Of a stretch of 32,000 nt of DNA, positions 9,467 through 16,713 are shown one piece after another (the stretch's first letter is position 1; each line of letters starts with the position of its first letter). Origin of the DNA: Dehalococcoidia bacterium (GTDB lineage Bacteria; Chloroflexota; Dehalococcoidia; Lucifugimonadales; SHYT01); the NCBI GenBank assembly GCA_009693055.1, contig SHYA01000008.1, forward strand, positions 8,965 through 40,964. The letters are read 5' to 3'. Below the pieces are notes generated by a model. The model worked only from the letters and a program-made list of their open reading frames with translations. It was not told the origin of the DNA and did not search any database. The position numbers and the translations under genes are program-made.

Positions 9467-9714
9467 GCAGGCTGTTGCTCACGTCCATCCGCTGCTACCA
9501 GGCTACCGTCTCGCCATACCTGCCGTCACGCTGCCGCTACACGCCTTCTTGCTCTCAGTACGGGTACGGGGCGATCCACCAGCACGGCGCCCTGAAGGGC
9601 TCTTGGCTCACCCTCAAGCGCCTCGGAAAATGTCGCCCATTCGGCGGGCAGGGATACGACCCGGTGCCGCCAGCCGACTCGGCTAAGACCCCCGTCCCGG
9701 AAGGCGTCAGGTGA
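9463..9714 (+). CDS. yidD: membrane protein insertion efficiency factor YidD
   Basis: The GTG at 9463 overlaps the rnpA TGA (GTGA). The 83-aa product carries IRCYQATVSPYLPSRCRYTPSCSQYGYGAIHQHGALKGSWLTLKRLGKCRPFGGQGYDPVP. Confidence 0.85.
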   Translation: MSRLLLTSIRCYQATVSPYLPSRCRYTPSCSQYGYGAIHQHGALKGSWLTLKRLGKCRPFGGQGYDPVPPADSAKTPVPEGVR

Positions 9715-10844
9715 TGCTGAGTTCGCACTTTGCCCGGCCACGCCGCCGATCGATGGCGCTTTTGCTTTTCTCCGTCGTCGCCGTTCTCGCATTGCAGGGC
9801 TGCACCGGCACGGGTCAATTCAAGGCCAAGGGGTGGTCCGGCCTGACAGCCTCGGGACAGGAGTTGTACTTCGCGGCTGGGGACGGCAGAGTCGCTGCGC
9901 TTGACCGCGAGGACGGGAAGGTCATGTGGACGTTCCCGGCACAGGGCGGCCAACCGGCGCACGCGGTCTATGGCAAACCGGTGCTCTCCAGCGACAAGGT
10001 GTATGTGGGTGACTACGCCGGCAACGTTTTTGCGCTGAACCGATTGACCGGGGCCTCAATTTGGATGAGGGCGGTAAAGCTTCCGGACCAGGAAAAGGCC
10101 AGCGCAATCGTGGGTGGCCTGGCGCTTGCAGGCGACACGTTGCTGGTAGCCTCCGAAGATGGTCATCTCTATGCTTTGGATGCTAACGACAACGCGGAAC
10201 GTTGGCGCTTCCCCCAACAGGGCGCTCTGGGCAAGGTCTGGTCCACTCCCTCAGTTTTCAATGGCGTGGTCTTCTTTGGCTCGCTTGACCACACGGTCTT
10301 TGCTGTTGACCTGGCTACCGGCGTTGAGAAGTGGCGCAGGGCAACGGAGGGCGCCGTATCCGGACAGGTCCTGATCCATGACGGCCTGGTCTACGTTGGC
10401 TCGTTTGACCGCACGATGTACGCCCTGGACGCCGCGACCGGCGAGGTGCGTTGGACGGCGACGGGCGACAACTGGTTCTGGGCGGGACCGACGACGGACG
10501 GGCGCTCCTTGTACGCGGGAACGGTGGGCGGTGTGCTGTACGCGTTTGATCTCAAGACCGGCTTCGTTCAGTGGCAGACCAAGACAAAGGCGGCGATTGT
10601 CACGCCGGTTGTCCCGGTCGGCGACCGGCTCGCCGTGGTGACCGAAGACGGGAGGTTCCGGGCGTTCCGGGCCACCGACGGGCAGGAGCAGTGGGTCATT
10701 GACCTGGAGGAGCGCGTGCGGTCTCAGCCAGTCATTGCCGGCAACGACGGCGTTGTGTACCTCACGGACCTCAAGTTCCGGGTGCGCGCGCTGAACGTGC
10801 TCCGGGGCACCATCGGATGGACCCAGCAGTTACCAGAGTCGTGA
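9711..10844 (+). CDS. PQQ-like (BamB/YfgL-like) 8-bladed beta-propeller, probable lipoprotein
   Basis: The start (GTG 9711 or ATG 9714) overlaps the yidD TGA. It has a signal peptide ending LALQGC and eight repeats of the type VYVGS.D..(L/V)YA(L/F)D..TG...W. Confidence 0.8.
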   Translation: MMLSSHFARPRRRSMALLLFSVVAVLALQGCTGTGQFKAKGWSGLTASGQELYFAAGDGRVAALDREDGKVMWTFPAQGGQPAHAVYGKPVLSSDKVYVGDYAGNVFALNRLTGASIWMRAVKLPDQEKASAIVGGLALAGDTLLVASEDGHLYALDANDNAERWRFPQQGALGKVWSTPSVFNGVVFFGSLDHTVFAVDLATGVEKWRRATEGAVSGQVLIHDGLVYVGSFDRTMYALDAATGEVRWTATGDNWFWAGPTTDGRSLYAGTVGGVLYAFDLKTGFVQWQTKTKAAIVTPVVPVGDRLAVVTEDGRFRAFRATDGQEQWVIDLEERVRSQPVIAGNDGVVYLTDLKFRVRALNVLRGTIGWTQQLPES

Positions 10845-10923
10845 CGGAGCGGTAGGCGCTGCGCGCGGGGCGAGATGCGCCCGGCGTAAAAAGATAGGCT
10901 GGTCTGACGCGAGGTTTCACCCC

Positions 10924-10954
10924 CATCCTAACCTTCCCCCTCAAGAGGTAAGGG
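10924..10954 (+). repeat. CATCCTAA-type short dispersed repeat, copy B
   Basis: CATCCTAACCTTCCCCC plus an imperfect hairpin, in the spacer between the propeller gene and yidC. Confidence 0.65.
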
Positions 10955-11009
10955 ATCACGAGAAGCGACCGGGCAGCAGAACGGCACAAGGCGGCTAAGG
11001 AACACTATC

Positions 11010-11924
11010 GTGGAAGTCATATCTACCATCTGGAACGAACTCCTCCTGCGGCCAATGACCAACGGCCTGCTGCTCCTGGCGGTGTTTCTTTTCCACAACT
11101 TTGGCATTGGCATTCTCGCTCTTACGGTACTCGTCAGGCTCCTGACGTTTCCGCTGACCGTCCGCCAGCTGCGGCAGACCAAGGCGATGTCCGAGCTTCA
11201 GCCGAAGCTCCAGGCGATGCAGAAGCAGTACGGCAAGGACCGGCAGCGGCTATCCCAAGAGACCATGCGGATGTACAAGGAGGCCGGCGTCAGCCCCATC
11301 GGGTGTCTGGGGCCTATGCTGATTCAGTTCCCTATCTGGATCGCGCTGTACTACGGGCTGTCCAAGGCGCTGCCCACCAGCCCGGAGTCGTTGGTGGGGC
11401 TGTCTTCTCTGCTGTATTCGTGGGCGACGCCCATCCACGCGGCTATACCATTCAGCCGCAACTTCCTGGGCATGGACCTGGCGGCTCTGGCAAGCCAGAA
11501 TCCGGTTACGCAGATTGTGATGCCTCTGCTGGTTGGCGGCTCCATGTGGGCCATGCAAAAGATGAGCACGTACCCCAACGCGGACGCGCGCCAGGCCCAG
11601 ACCAACCAGATCATGCTCTGGATGATGCCAATCATGTTCGCGTTCTTTACGCTGAGTTTCCCGAACGGTCTTAGCCTATACTGGTTCATCTCCAACGTGG
11701 TGGGGATCGTGATGCAGTACTTTGTCACCGGCTGGGGCGGACTCGCCACCCTCTGGCAGCGGAAGCCCAAGCCCGCGCTGGAGGCTGCGGTGGTCGCCTC
11801 GGAGCCGGCAGGGGAGTCGTTGAGCGATGGAACAACCGATAGAAGTGAGCGGCAGGACGGCAGAGGAAGCGATAGAGCTGGCGCTAAGGCAGCTCGGGGC
11901 AAGGCGCGACGAGGTAGAAATTGA
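11010..11924 (+). CDS. yidC: membrane protein insertase YidC (short, Oxa1-like form)
   Basis: 304-aa ORF with a GTG start after AAGGA. Contains FPLTVRQLRQTKAMSELQPKLQAMQKQYGKDRQRLSQETMRMYKEAGVSP, multiple transmembrane segments and a basic C-terminal tail. Confidence 0.9.
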   Translation: MEVISTIWNELLLRPMTNGLLLLAVFLFHNFGIGILALTVLVRLLTFPLTVRQLRQTKAMSELQPKLQAMQKQYGKDRQRLSQETMRMYKEAGVSPIGCLGPMLIQFPIWIALYYGLSKALPTSPESLVGLSSLLYSWATPIHAAIPFSRNFLGMDLAALASQNPVTQIVMPLLVGGSMWAMQKMSTYPNADARQAQTNQIMLWMMPIMFAFFTLSFPNGLSLYWFISNVVGIVMQYFVTGWGGLATLWQRKPKPALEAAVVASEPAGESLSDGTTDRSERQDGRGSDRAGAKAARGKARRGRN

Positions 11925-12816
11925 GATCCTGAGTCGCGGCAAGCCGGGCTTCCTTGGCTTTGGCGCCGAGTTTGCCCGCGTGCGGCTCATCCGGAGCTCC
12001 GCGTTGGAGGCGGATGAGCACGCGCCGCCCCGGCGGTCCTCCTCCACAGCAGCGCCACTCGCACCACGCCAGCAGGCCGCGCCACAGCAGCCGACTCTGG
12101 CCCCGCCGCAGCGCCCAGCCTCTCTTGCGGCGCCGCAGCCGCAGTCGGCCCTCGCACCGGCGCAACGAGCGGCCGTTCTTGGAGCGCCGCAGCAACCAAC
12201 CGCCACGCCGGCGGATGTCGCCGCCGCCCGCGAGGCGCTTGATCGCCTGATGGCACTGATGAAGGTCAAGGCGGAGTCCAGTGTGGGCGCCGCGCCGGAC
12301 GAATCGCCGGGCACGCCACTGCTCCAGGTGGCCGGTGAGGACGCAGGCCTGCTCATCGGACGCGGGGGCGAGACGCTTCGGGCGCTCCAGCTCCTCACGA
12401 ACCTCATTGCGACCCAGGGCGCGCCGAACCGCGCCCACGTGATGGTGGACGTGGAGCGCTACCGAGAGCGCCGGGGCGAGGCGCTGCGCCGCCTGGCGCG
12501 GCGGATCGGCGACCGCGTTGCGGCGTCCGGACGGCCCTTCATGCTGGAGCCGATGTCGGCCTACGAGCGGCGTCTCATCCACATTGCGCTGGCGGATGAC
12601 CCGCGTGTGACGACCGAGAGCCTTGGCGAGGGCGAGGACCGGAAGGTGAACGTCCGGCCTCAGCAAGGGCAAGGGCAGACGCAGGCGAACGCCGCAGCGC
12701 CGCGCGGGCCGCGCCCGGGAGGGCCTCCACGGTTCAGACAGGGCGGCGGATTTCGTCCGCCGCATGCTCCGGCGGACGGTGCGCCGAACGGTGGACAGCC
12801 TCCAGCCTCATCCTAA
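11827..12816 (+). CDS. jag: Jag/KhpB RNA-binding protein (Jag_N, KH and R3H domains)
   Basis: MEQPIEVSGRTAEEAIELALRQLG (Jag_N), a P/Q/A-rich linker, GLLIGRGGETLRALQ (KH GxxG) and YERRLIHIAL (R3H). Confidence 0.85.
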   Translation: MEQPIEVSGRTAEEAIELALRQLGARRDEVEIEILSRGKPGFLGFGAEFARVRLIRSSALEADEHAPPRRSSSTAAPLAPRQQAAPQQPTLAPPQRPASLAAPQPQSALAPAQRAAVLGAPQQPTATPADVAAAREALDRLMALMKVKAESSVGAAPDESPGTPLLQVAGEDAGLLIGRGGETLRALQLLTNLIATQGAPNRAHVMVDVERYRERRGEALRRLARRIGDRVAASGRPFMLEPMSAYERRLIHIALADDPRVTTESLGEGEDRKVNVRPQQGQGQTQANAAAPRGPRPGGPPRFRQGGGFRPPHAPADGAPNGGQPPASS

Positions 12817-12839
12817 CCTTCTCCCTCTTGGAGAGGGAA
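12809..12839 (+). repeat. CATCCTAA-type short dispersed repeat, copy C
   Basis: CATCCTAACCTTCTCCC plus the hairpin TCCCTCT-TGG-AGAGGGA. The TAA inside it (12814-12816) is the jag stop codon. Confidence 0.7.
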
Positions 12840-13018
12840 TTGGCAGCTACGGCACCCCGTGAGCTTGGCTCAGGCAGGCTTTGAAGGGCGCGGCACCGGT
12901 GGTGGCGGAATGGCATCACTTGCAGTGTGGCTGGGTTTGCTAGACGCGCTTATGGAGGTACCTGGCTCGTCCCGGCTGGAGCGTCGGTAACTCTGACAGA
13001 AGAGAAAGCGAGACCGAC

Positions 13019-14353
13019 ATGCGGACCTCTGGGGAAGAGCAAGCACGGTACGAGGCCGCCACGCCCAGGTCGCGGGCACTCTACGAGGAAGCGCAGCATT
13101 ACCTACCGGGGGGCGAGTCCCGCACCTCCACGTACTGGCCGCCCTACCCGCTGACCATCGTGCGGGGCGAAGGGTGCCGCGTGTGGGACGCGGACGGCGC
13201 CTGCCGCCTGGACTTTTTCAACAACTTCACGACGCTGGCGCTTGGGCACAACCACCCTGCCGTGGCGCGGGCCGTTGAGGCGCAGCTCCGCGACGGCACC
13301 TCGTTCTTTGGCGGAACGGAGCATCAGGTGCGACTGGCGCGGATGCTATGCGAGCGCATTCCGTCGCTGCAGCAGGTGCGGTTCACCAACTCGGGCACCG
13401 AGGCGACGCTCAATGCGGTCCGCGCCGCCAGGGCGTTCACGGGCCGCGCAAAGATCGCGAAGTGCGAGGGCGGCTACCACGGCACGCACGAGGCCCTTGC
13501 CGTCAGCACCACCCCCCCGCTGGCGCTTGTTGGCCGCCCGGACAGGCCGGCGCAGGTCCCCTCGGACCCCGGGCTTCCCCAGAGCGTGGTGGACAACGTG
13601 GTGGTGCTGCCGTTCAACAACGTGGAAGCCGCTCGGCGCCTCATCGTTGAGCATCACGAAGAGCTGGCGGCGGTGATCGTTGAGCCTGTCCTTGGCACAG
13701 GGGGTATGGTCCCCGCAACCGGTGAGTTCCTCGCCATGCTCCGCGACGTGACGGAGCAGCATGGGATCGTGCTGGTGTTTGACGAGGTGGTGACGTTCCA
13801 GGTCGGGCCGGGGGGCGCGCAGGAGCACTACGGGGTCACGCCGGATATGACCGCGCTTGGGAAGCTAATCGGCGGCGGGATGCCTGTGGGCGCGTTTGGC
13901 GGGCGGCGGGACATCATGGCGCTGTACGACCAGTCCACGAGCGGACCGCACCTTGGGCACGCCGGGACGTTCAACGGGCACCCGCTGGCGATGGTGGCAG
14001 GCACGGTGGTGCTTGAGCACCTGACACCCGAGGTGTACCGGCGGCTGAGCGGCCTTGGTGAAGGTGTGCGGATGCGCATCAAAGCGCTGGGGCGCGAGCT
14101 GGAGGCGCCGGTCCAGGCTACGGGGCTTGGTTCCCTGTTCGCGGTCCACCTCACCGACAGGCCCGTGCATAACTACCGGGACGCCGCGGCCGTTGACGAG
14201 GATCTCCGCCTGCGTGTGTTCCTTGGCCTGATGAACGAGGGCGTCTACCTGAGCCCCAAGCTCCTCGGCTGTCTCTCCACGGCGATAGGCGAGGCCGAGG
14301 TTGACCAGTTCATCGCCGCGCTGCGCCGGGTGTTGCTGCGGAACATGAAGTAA
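13019..14353 (+). CDS. class-III (GSA-aminomutase-like) PLP-dependent aminotransferase
   Basis: 444-aa ORF with FTNSGTEATLNAVRAARAFTGR, VFDEVVTF and the Lys motif LGKLIGGGMPVGAFGGRRDIM. Its N-terminus differs from canonical HemL, so no gene symbol is assigned. Confidence 0.8.
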   Translation: MRTSGEEQARYEAATPRSRALYEEAQHYLPGGESRTSTYWPPYPLTIVRGEGCRVWDADGACRLDFFNNFTTLALGHNHPAVARAVEAQLRDGTSFFGGTEHQVRLARMLCERIPSLQQVRFTNSGTEATLNAVRAARAFTGRAKIAKCEGGYHGTHEALAVSTTPPLALVGRPDRPAQVPSDPGLPQSVVDNVVVLPFNNVEAARRLIVEHHEELAAVIVEPVLGTGGMVPATGEFLAMLRDVTEQHGIVLVFDEVVTFQVGPGGAQEHYGVTPDMTALGKLIGGGMPVGAFGGRRDIMALYDQSTSGPHLGHAGTFNGHPLAMVAGTVVLEHLTPEVYRRLSGLGEGVRMRIKALGRELEAPVQATGLGSLFAVHLTDRPVHNYRDAAAVDEDLRLRVFLGLMNEGVYLSPKLLGCLSTAIGEAEVDQFIAALRRVLLRNMK

Positions 14354-14486
14354 CGGGGACTTAGGGCACCGTACGATGTGCGGCTTTTCATCAGAGCGCT
14401 GCTCTAACAAGCCGTCAGCAGGCTTCGTGTTCCCGGCAGTGGTGGCCCCGGCGCTGAGGCCGGGGTAGCAATCTCTGCTACCGCTA

Positions 14487-14527
14487 AAACACTAGAGGCC
14501 CCGACGCAGTCGGGGCCTCTAGTGTTT
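14487..14527. terminator. strong bidirectional hairpin terminator in a convergent spacer
   Basis: AAACACTAGAGGCCCCGAC-GCA-GTCGGGGCCTCTAGTGTTT, a 19-bp stem. On the minus strand it is followed by UGUUUUAG. Confidence 0.75.
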
Positions 14528-14553
14528 GCTCCGGCTCCCTCCGGTGAAGCGGC

Positions 14554-14607
14554 TTACGCTTTCACCTCAAGGGAGGGAGCCCATGGTTGGTCACTGATTT
14601 TACGCAT
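14554..14607 (-). CDS. candidate 17-aa micro-ORF (MRKISDQPWAPSLEVKA)
   Basis: The ATG sits 7 nt after GAAAGGAGGTGA. Upstream is TTGACA-17 nt-AACTAT (14655-14627) and downstream is the 14487-14527 terminator. No homology is recognised. Confidence 0.3.
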   Translation of the reverse strand: MRKISDQPWAPSLEVKA

Positions 14608-14626
14608 AGGCTCTCACCTCCTTTCC

Positions 14627-14655
14627 ATAGTTAAGAGTGTAACAGACGGTGTCAA
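14627..14655 (-). promoter_or_regulatory. promoter candidate for the micro-ORF (TTGACA-17 nt-AACTAT)
   Basis: On the minus strand TTGACA lies at 14655-14650 and AACTAT at 14632-14627. A G8/C8 run abuts the -35 element. Confidence 0.35.
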
Positions 14656-14677
14656 GGGGGGGGCAAGTAGCGGGTGA

Positions 14678-15427
14678 TTAGTGCTTGAGGAAGAGGTCGA
14701 ACGGGTTGAATGAGATAGCCCGGTCATAGGCGTCAACGCCATCGCGGCGCTTGAGCCAGGTGACCACCGCGTAGGTCAGCGGCGTGCAGGCGACTTCGTA
14801 CAGCACTTTAGCGAGCCACTGCACCCATATGAGGCTCCAGAGATGAGGCACCTGTCCGCCGAAGGCGATGGTGATGAACACCGCAGAGTCCAGCGCCTGG
14901 CCGACTACGGTGGAGCCGATGGTGCGCGTCCACAGCCAGCGGCCCTTCGTGGCGATCTTGAGGCGCGCAAGCACGATGGAGTTTGCGAACTCGCCAACCA
15001 GGTACGCTGTGAATGAGGCCGCGAGCAGCCGGGGCGCGTAGCCCAGGATGGTCTGGTAGGCGGCGTCGCTGTCCTTCCAGAACGGGGCCGCGGGAAGCAG
15101 CCCGCCGACCCAGATGGCGGCCACGGCGAGCAGGTTGCAGAGGAACCCCAGCCAGATGACGGCCCGCGCCCGCCGGTAGCCGTACACCTCCGTGAGCACG
15201 TCGCCGATGAGGTAGCTGACCGGAAAGATGACGATGGCCGCCGGCAGCACCTTGCCCCCGATGAGTACCAGCTTGACGGCGATGATGTTGGCGGTGATGA
15301 GCGCGGTGACGAACACGGCGGCGACGAGGACGAAGAGGGGTGTGACGGGACGCTCAGGGGAACCCCCTTTTGTAAAAGGGGGTTCCCCTGAGCCTTTACC
15401 GAAAACCTGGTCGCTCGAGGTACTCAA
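14678..15427 (-). CDS. yhhQ: queuosine-precursor transporter (VUT/YhhQ, DUF165 family)
   Basis: 249-aa polytopic ORF with ITANIIAVKL...VIFPVSYLIGDVLTEVYGYRRARAVIWLGF. The only available start upstream of TM1 is the TTG at 15427. Confidence 0.8.
   Translation of the reverse strand: MSTSSDQVFGKGSGEPPFTKGGSPERPVTPLFVLVAAVFVTALITANIIAVKLVLIGGKVLPAAIVIFPVSYLIGDVLTEVYGYRRARAVIWLGFLCNLLAVAAIWVGGLLPAAPFWKDSDAAYQTILGYAPRLLAASFTAYLVGEFANSIVLARLKIATKGRWLWTRTIGSTVVGQALDSAVFITIAFGGQVPHLWSLIWVQWLAKVLYEVACTPLTYAVVTWLKRRDGVDAYDRAISFNPFDLFLKH
15352..15393. repeat. 42-nt palindrome (two perfect 20-nt arms) inside the yhhQ 5' coding region
   Basis: GCTCAGGGGAACCCCCTTTT-GT-AAAAGGGGGTTCCCCTGAGC. It has the same architecture as the polA/mfd terminator. 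Confidence 0.8.
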
Positions 15428-15455
15428 AGTAGTGTCAAGGTTCTTTGAGGAGGGT

Positions 15456-15491
15456 CTGGGAGGCCCTTTCTCGTGAGAAAGAGCCTCCCAG
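15456..15491 (-). terminator. hairpin downstream of hydrolase paralog 1
   Basis: CTGGGAGGCCCTTTCTCGTGAGAAAGAGCCTCCCAG, about 17 bp with one mismatch. It starts 5 nt after the stop codon and has no clear U-tract. Confidence 0.5.
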
Positions 15492-15496
15492 CGTTC

Positions 15497-16654
15497 CTAC
15501 CGCGCCCCGATCGTGGCGGTGATGCCCAACGCCGCGCGAATCTCGTTAGAAACGAGCAGCGCCGCGCCCTGCAGCGGATCGCCGCCGCTCTTCATCAGGT
15601 TCTTGGTGAAGCCAACCGCCAGTCGGTGCTCCGGGTCGGCGAAGCCAATGGAGCCTCCCGCGCCTGGGTGCCCGAAGGTCCTACTGGAGGGTCCCATGGC
15701 CGCGCCCATCCCGCCGCCGCCCAGGAAGTACCCCATGGCCTTGGGGATGGGCTGACCGATCACCTCGTCTCGGTCCTCGGTCTGCTTGGTGCGCGCGGTC
15801 TCCACGCTCTCACGGTTGAGAACCTTGACGCCGCCCAGCGTGCCGAAACCGGCGAGCATGGCGTAGTGCCGCGCTAGCGCCCGCGCGCTCACGATGCCGC
15901 CGGCGCCGGGGATGGAGGCGCGGCGCACGTCGGGCCGGTTGAAAACGTCGCCCGTCGTGCCGACGATGGGCGGTATCGCTCGGCGCATCAGCGAATCGGG
16001 AGGCTGGACCGGGGCGTTGGGATCGGGCGGCGCGTTCCGCAGCGTCGCCACGCGGGCCTCCACATCGTCGGGGATGCCCATGTAGATGTCCTTGATGCCC
16101 AGCGGCTTGCAGATCTCGTCCTGCGCGAAGCGGGCGATGGAGCGGCCATCCACCCGGCGGAGGATCTCGCCGTTGATCCAGCCGAAGGTGTAGGCGTGGT
16201 AGCCGGTCTTGGTCCCCGGCTCCCAGACGGGCGCCGTGGCGGCGAGCTGCTTGCACATCCAGTCCCAGTCGCACATCTTTTCCGGCGTGATGTCGTCCGG
16301 CATCAACGGGAGGCCCACCTTGTGGGTGAGGGCGTGGCGGACGGTGGCCCGGGCCTTGCCGTTGGCCGCGAACTCCGGCCAGTAGCGTGCGATGGGGGCG
16401 TCGTACGCAATCTTCCCCCGGTCGGCCAGGATGTGCATGCACGTGGCGGTGATTCCCTTGGTGGTGGAGAACACGGTAAAGAGCGTGTCGCCGTCCACCT
16501 TGCGGCCCGACTTTTCGTCGGCGATGCCCGCCCACGCGTCAATGGCCAACTCGCCGTTCAAATAGGCGGCGGCCTGGAGGCCCACCTCCTCACCGTTGGA
16601 AACAAGCTCGTTCAGCAGCTTTTGCACTCGCTCGTTCGCCTTGGCGTCTACCAT
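15497..16654 (-). CDS. beta-lactamase-fold serine hydrolase (family VIII esterase / class C-like), paralog 1
   Basis: 385-aa ORF with the SxxK motif FSTTKGITA, then GYHAYTFGW and HPGAGGSIGFADP. Confidence 0.85.
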   Translation of the reverse strand: MVDAKANERVQKLLNELVSNGEEVGLQAAAYLNGELAIDAWAGIADEKSGRKVDGDTLFTVFSTTKGITATCMHILADRGKIAYDAPIARYWPEFAANGKARATVRHALTHKVGLPLMPDDITPEKMCDWDWMCKQLAATAPVWEPGTKTGYHAYTFGWINGEILRRVDGRSIARFAQDEICKPLGIKDIYMGIPDDVEARVATLRNAPPDPNAPVQPPDSLMRRAIPPIVGTTGDVFNRPDVRRASIPGAGGIVSARALARHYAMLAGFGTLGGVKVLNRESVETARTKQTEDRDEVIGQPIPKAMGYFLGGGGMGAAMGPSSRTFGHPGAGGSIGFADPEHRLAVGFTKNLMKSGGDPLQGAALLVSNEIRAALGITATIGAR

Positions 16655-16683
16655 TGGTCTCCCTTCATGTCGTTCGCAATCGC

Positions 16684-16708
16684 TCAGTCGCGTGGAACAC
16701 GCGACTGA
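16684..16708 (-). terminator. hairpin between the two hydrolase paralogs
   Basis: TCAGTCGCGTG-GAA-CACGCGACTGA, an 11-bp stem. Confidence 0.45.
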
Positions 16709-16713
16709 AGCCG

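Noticed and set aside
13019-14353. Calling the aminotransferase hemL.
   Set aside because: The PLP-Lys region is GSA-aminomutase-like, but the N-terminal substrate-binding region (LPGGESRTSTYWPPYPL) departs from the canonical HemL motif (PGGVNSPVRAF). No heme-pathway neighbours are present, so it is left as a GSAM-like class-III aminotransferase.
15428-15496. A preQ1 riboswitch was expected upstream of yhhQ.
   Set aside because: The 69-nt upstream region is mostly occupied by the hairpin that follows the hydrolase gene. I could not find the preQ1-I pattern (short stem, CCC, A-rich tail ending in the SD) or a preQ1-II-like fold by eye. An Infernal scan would be decisive.
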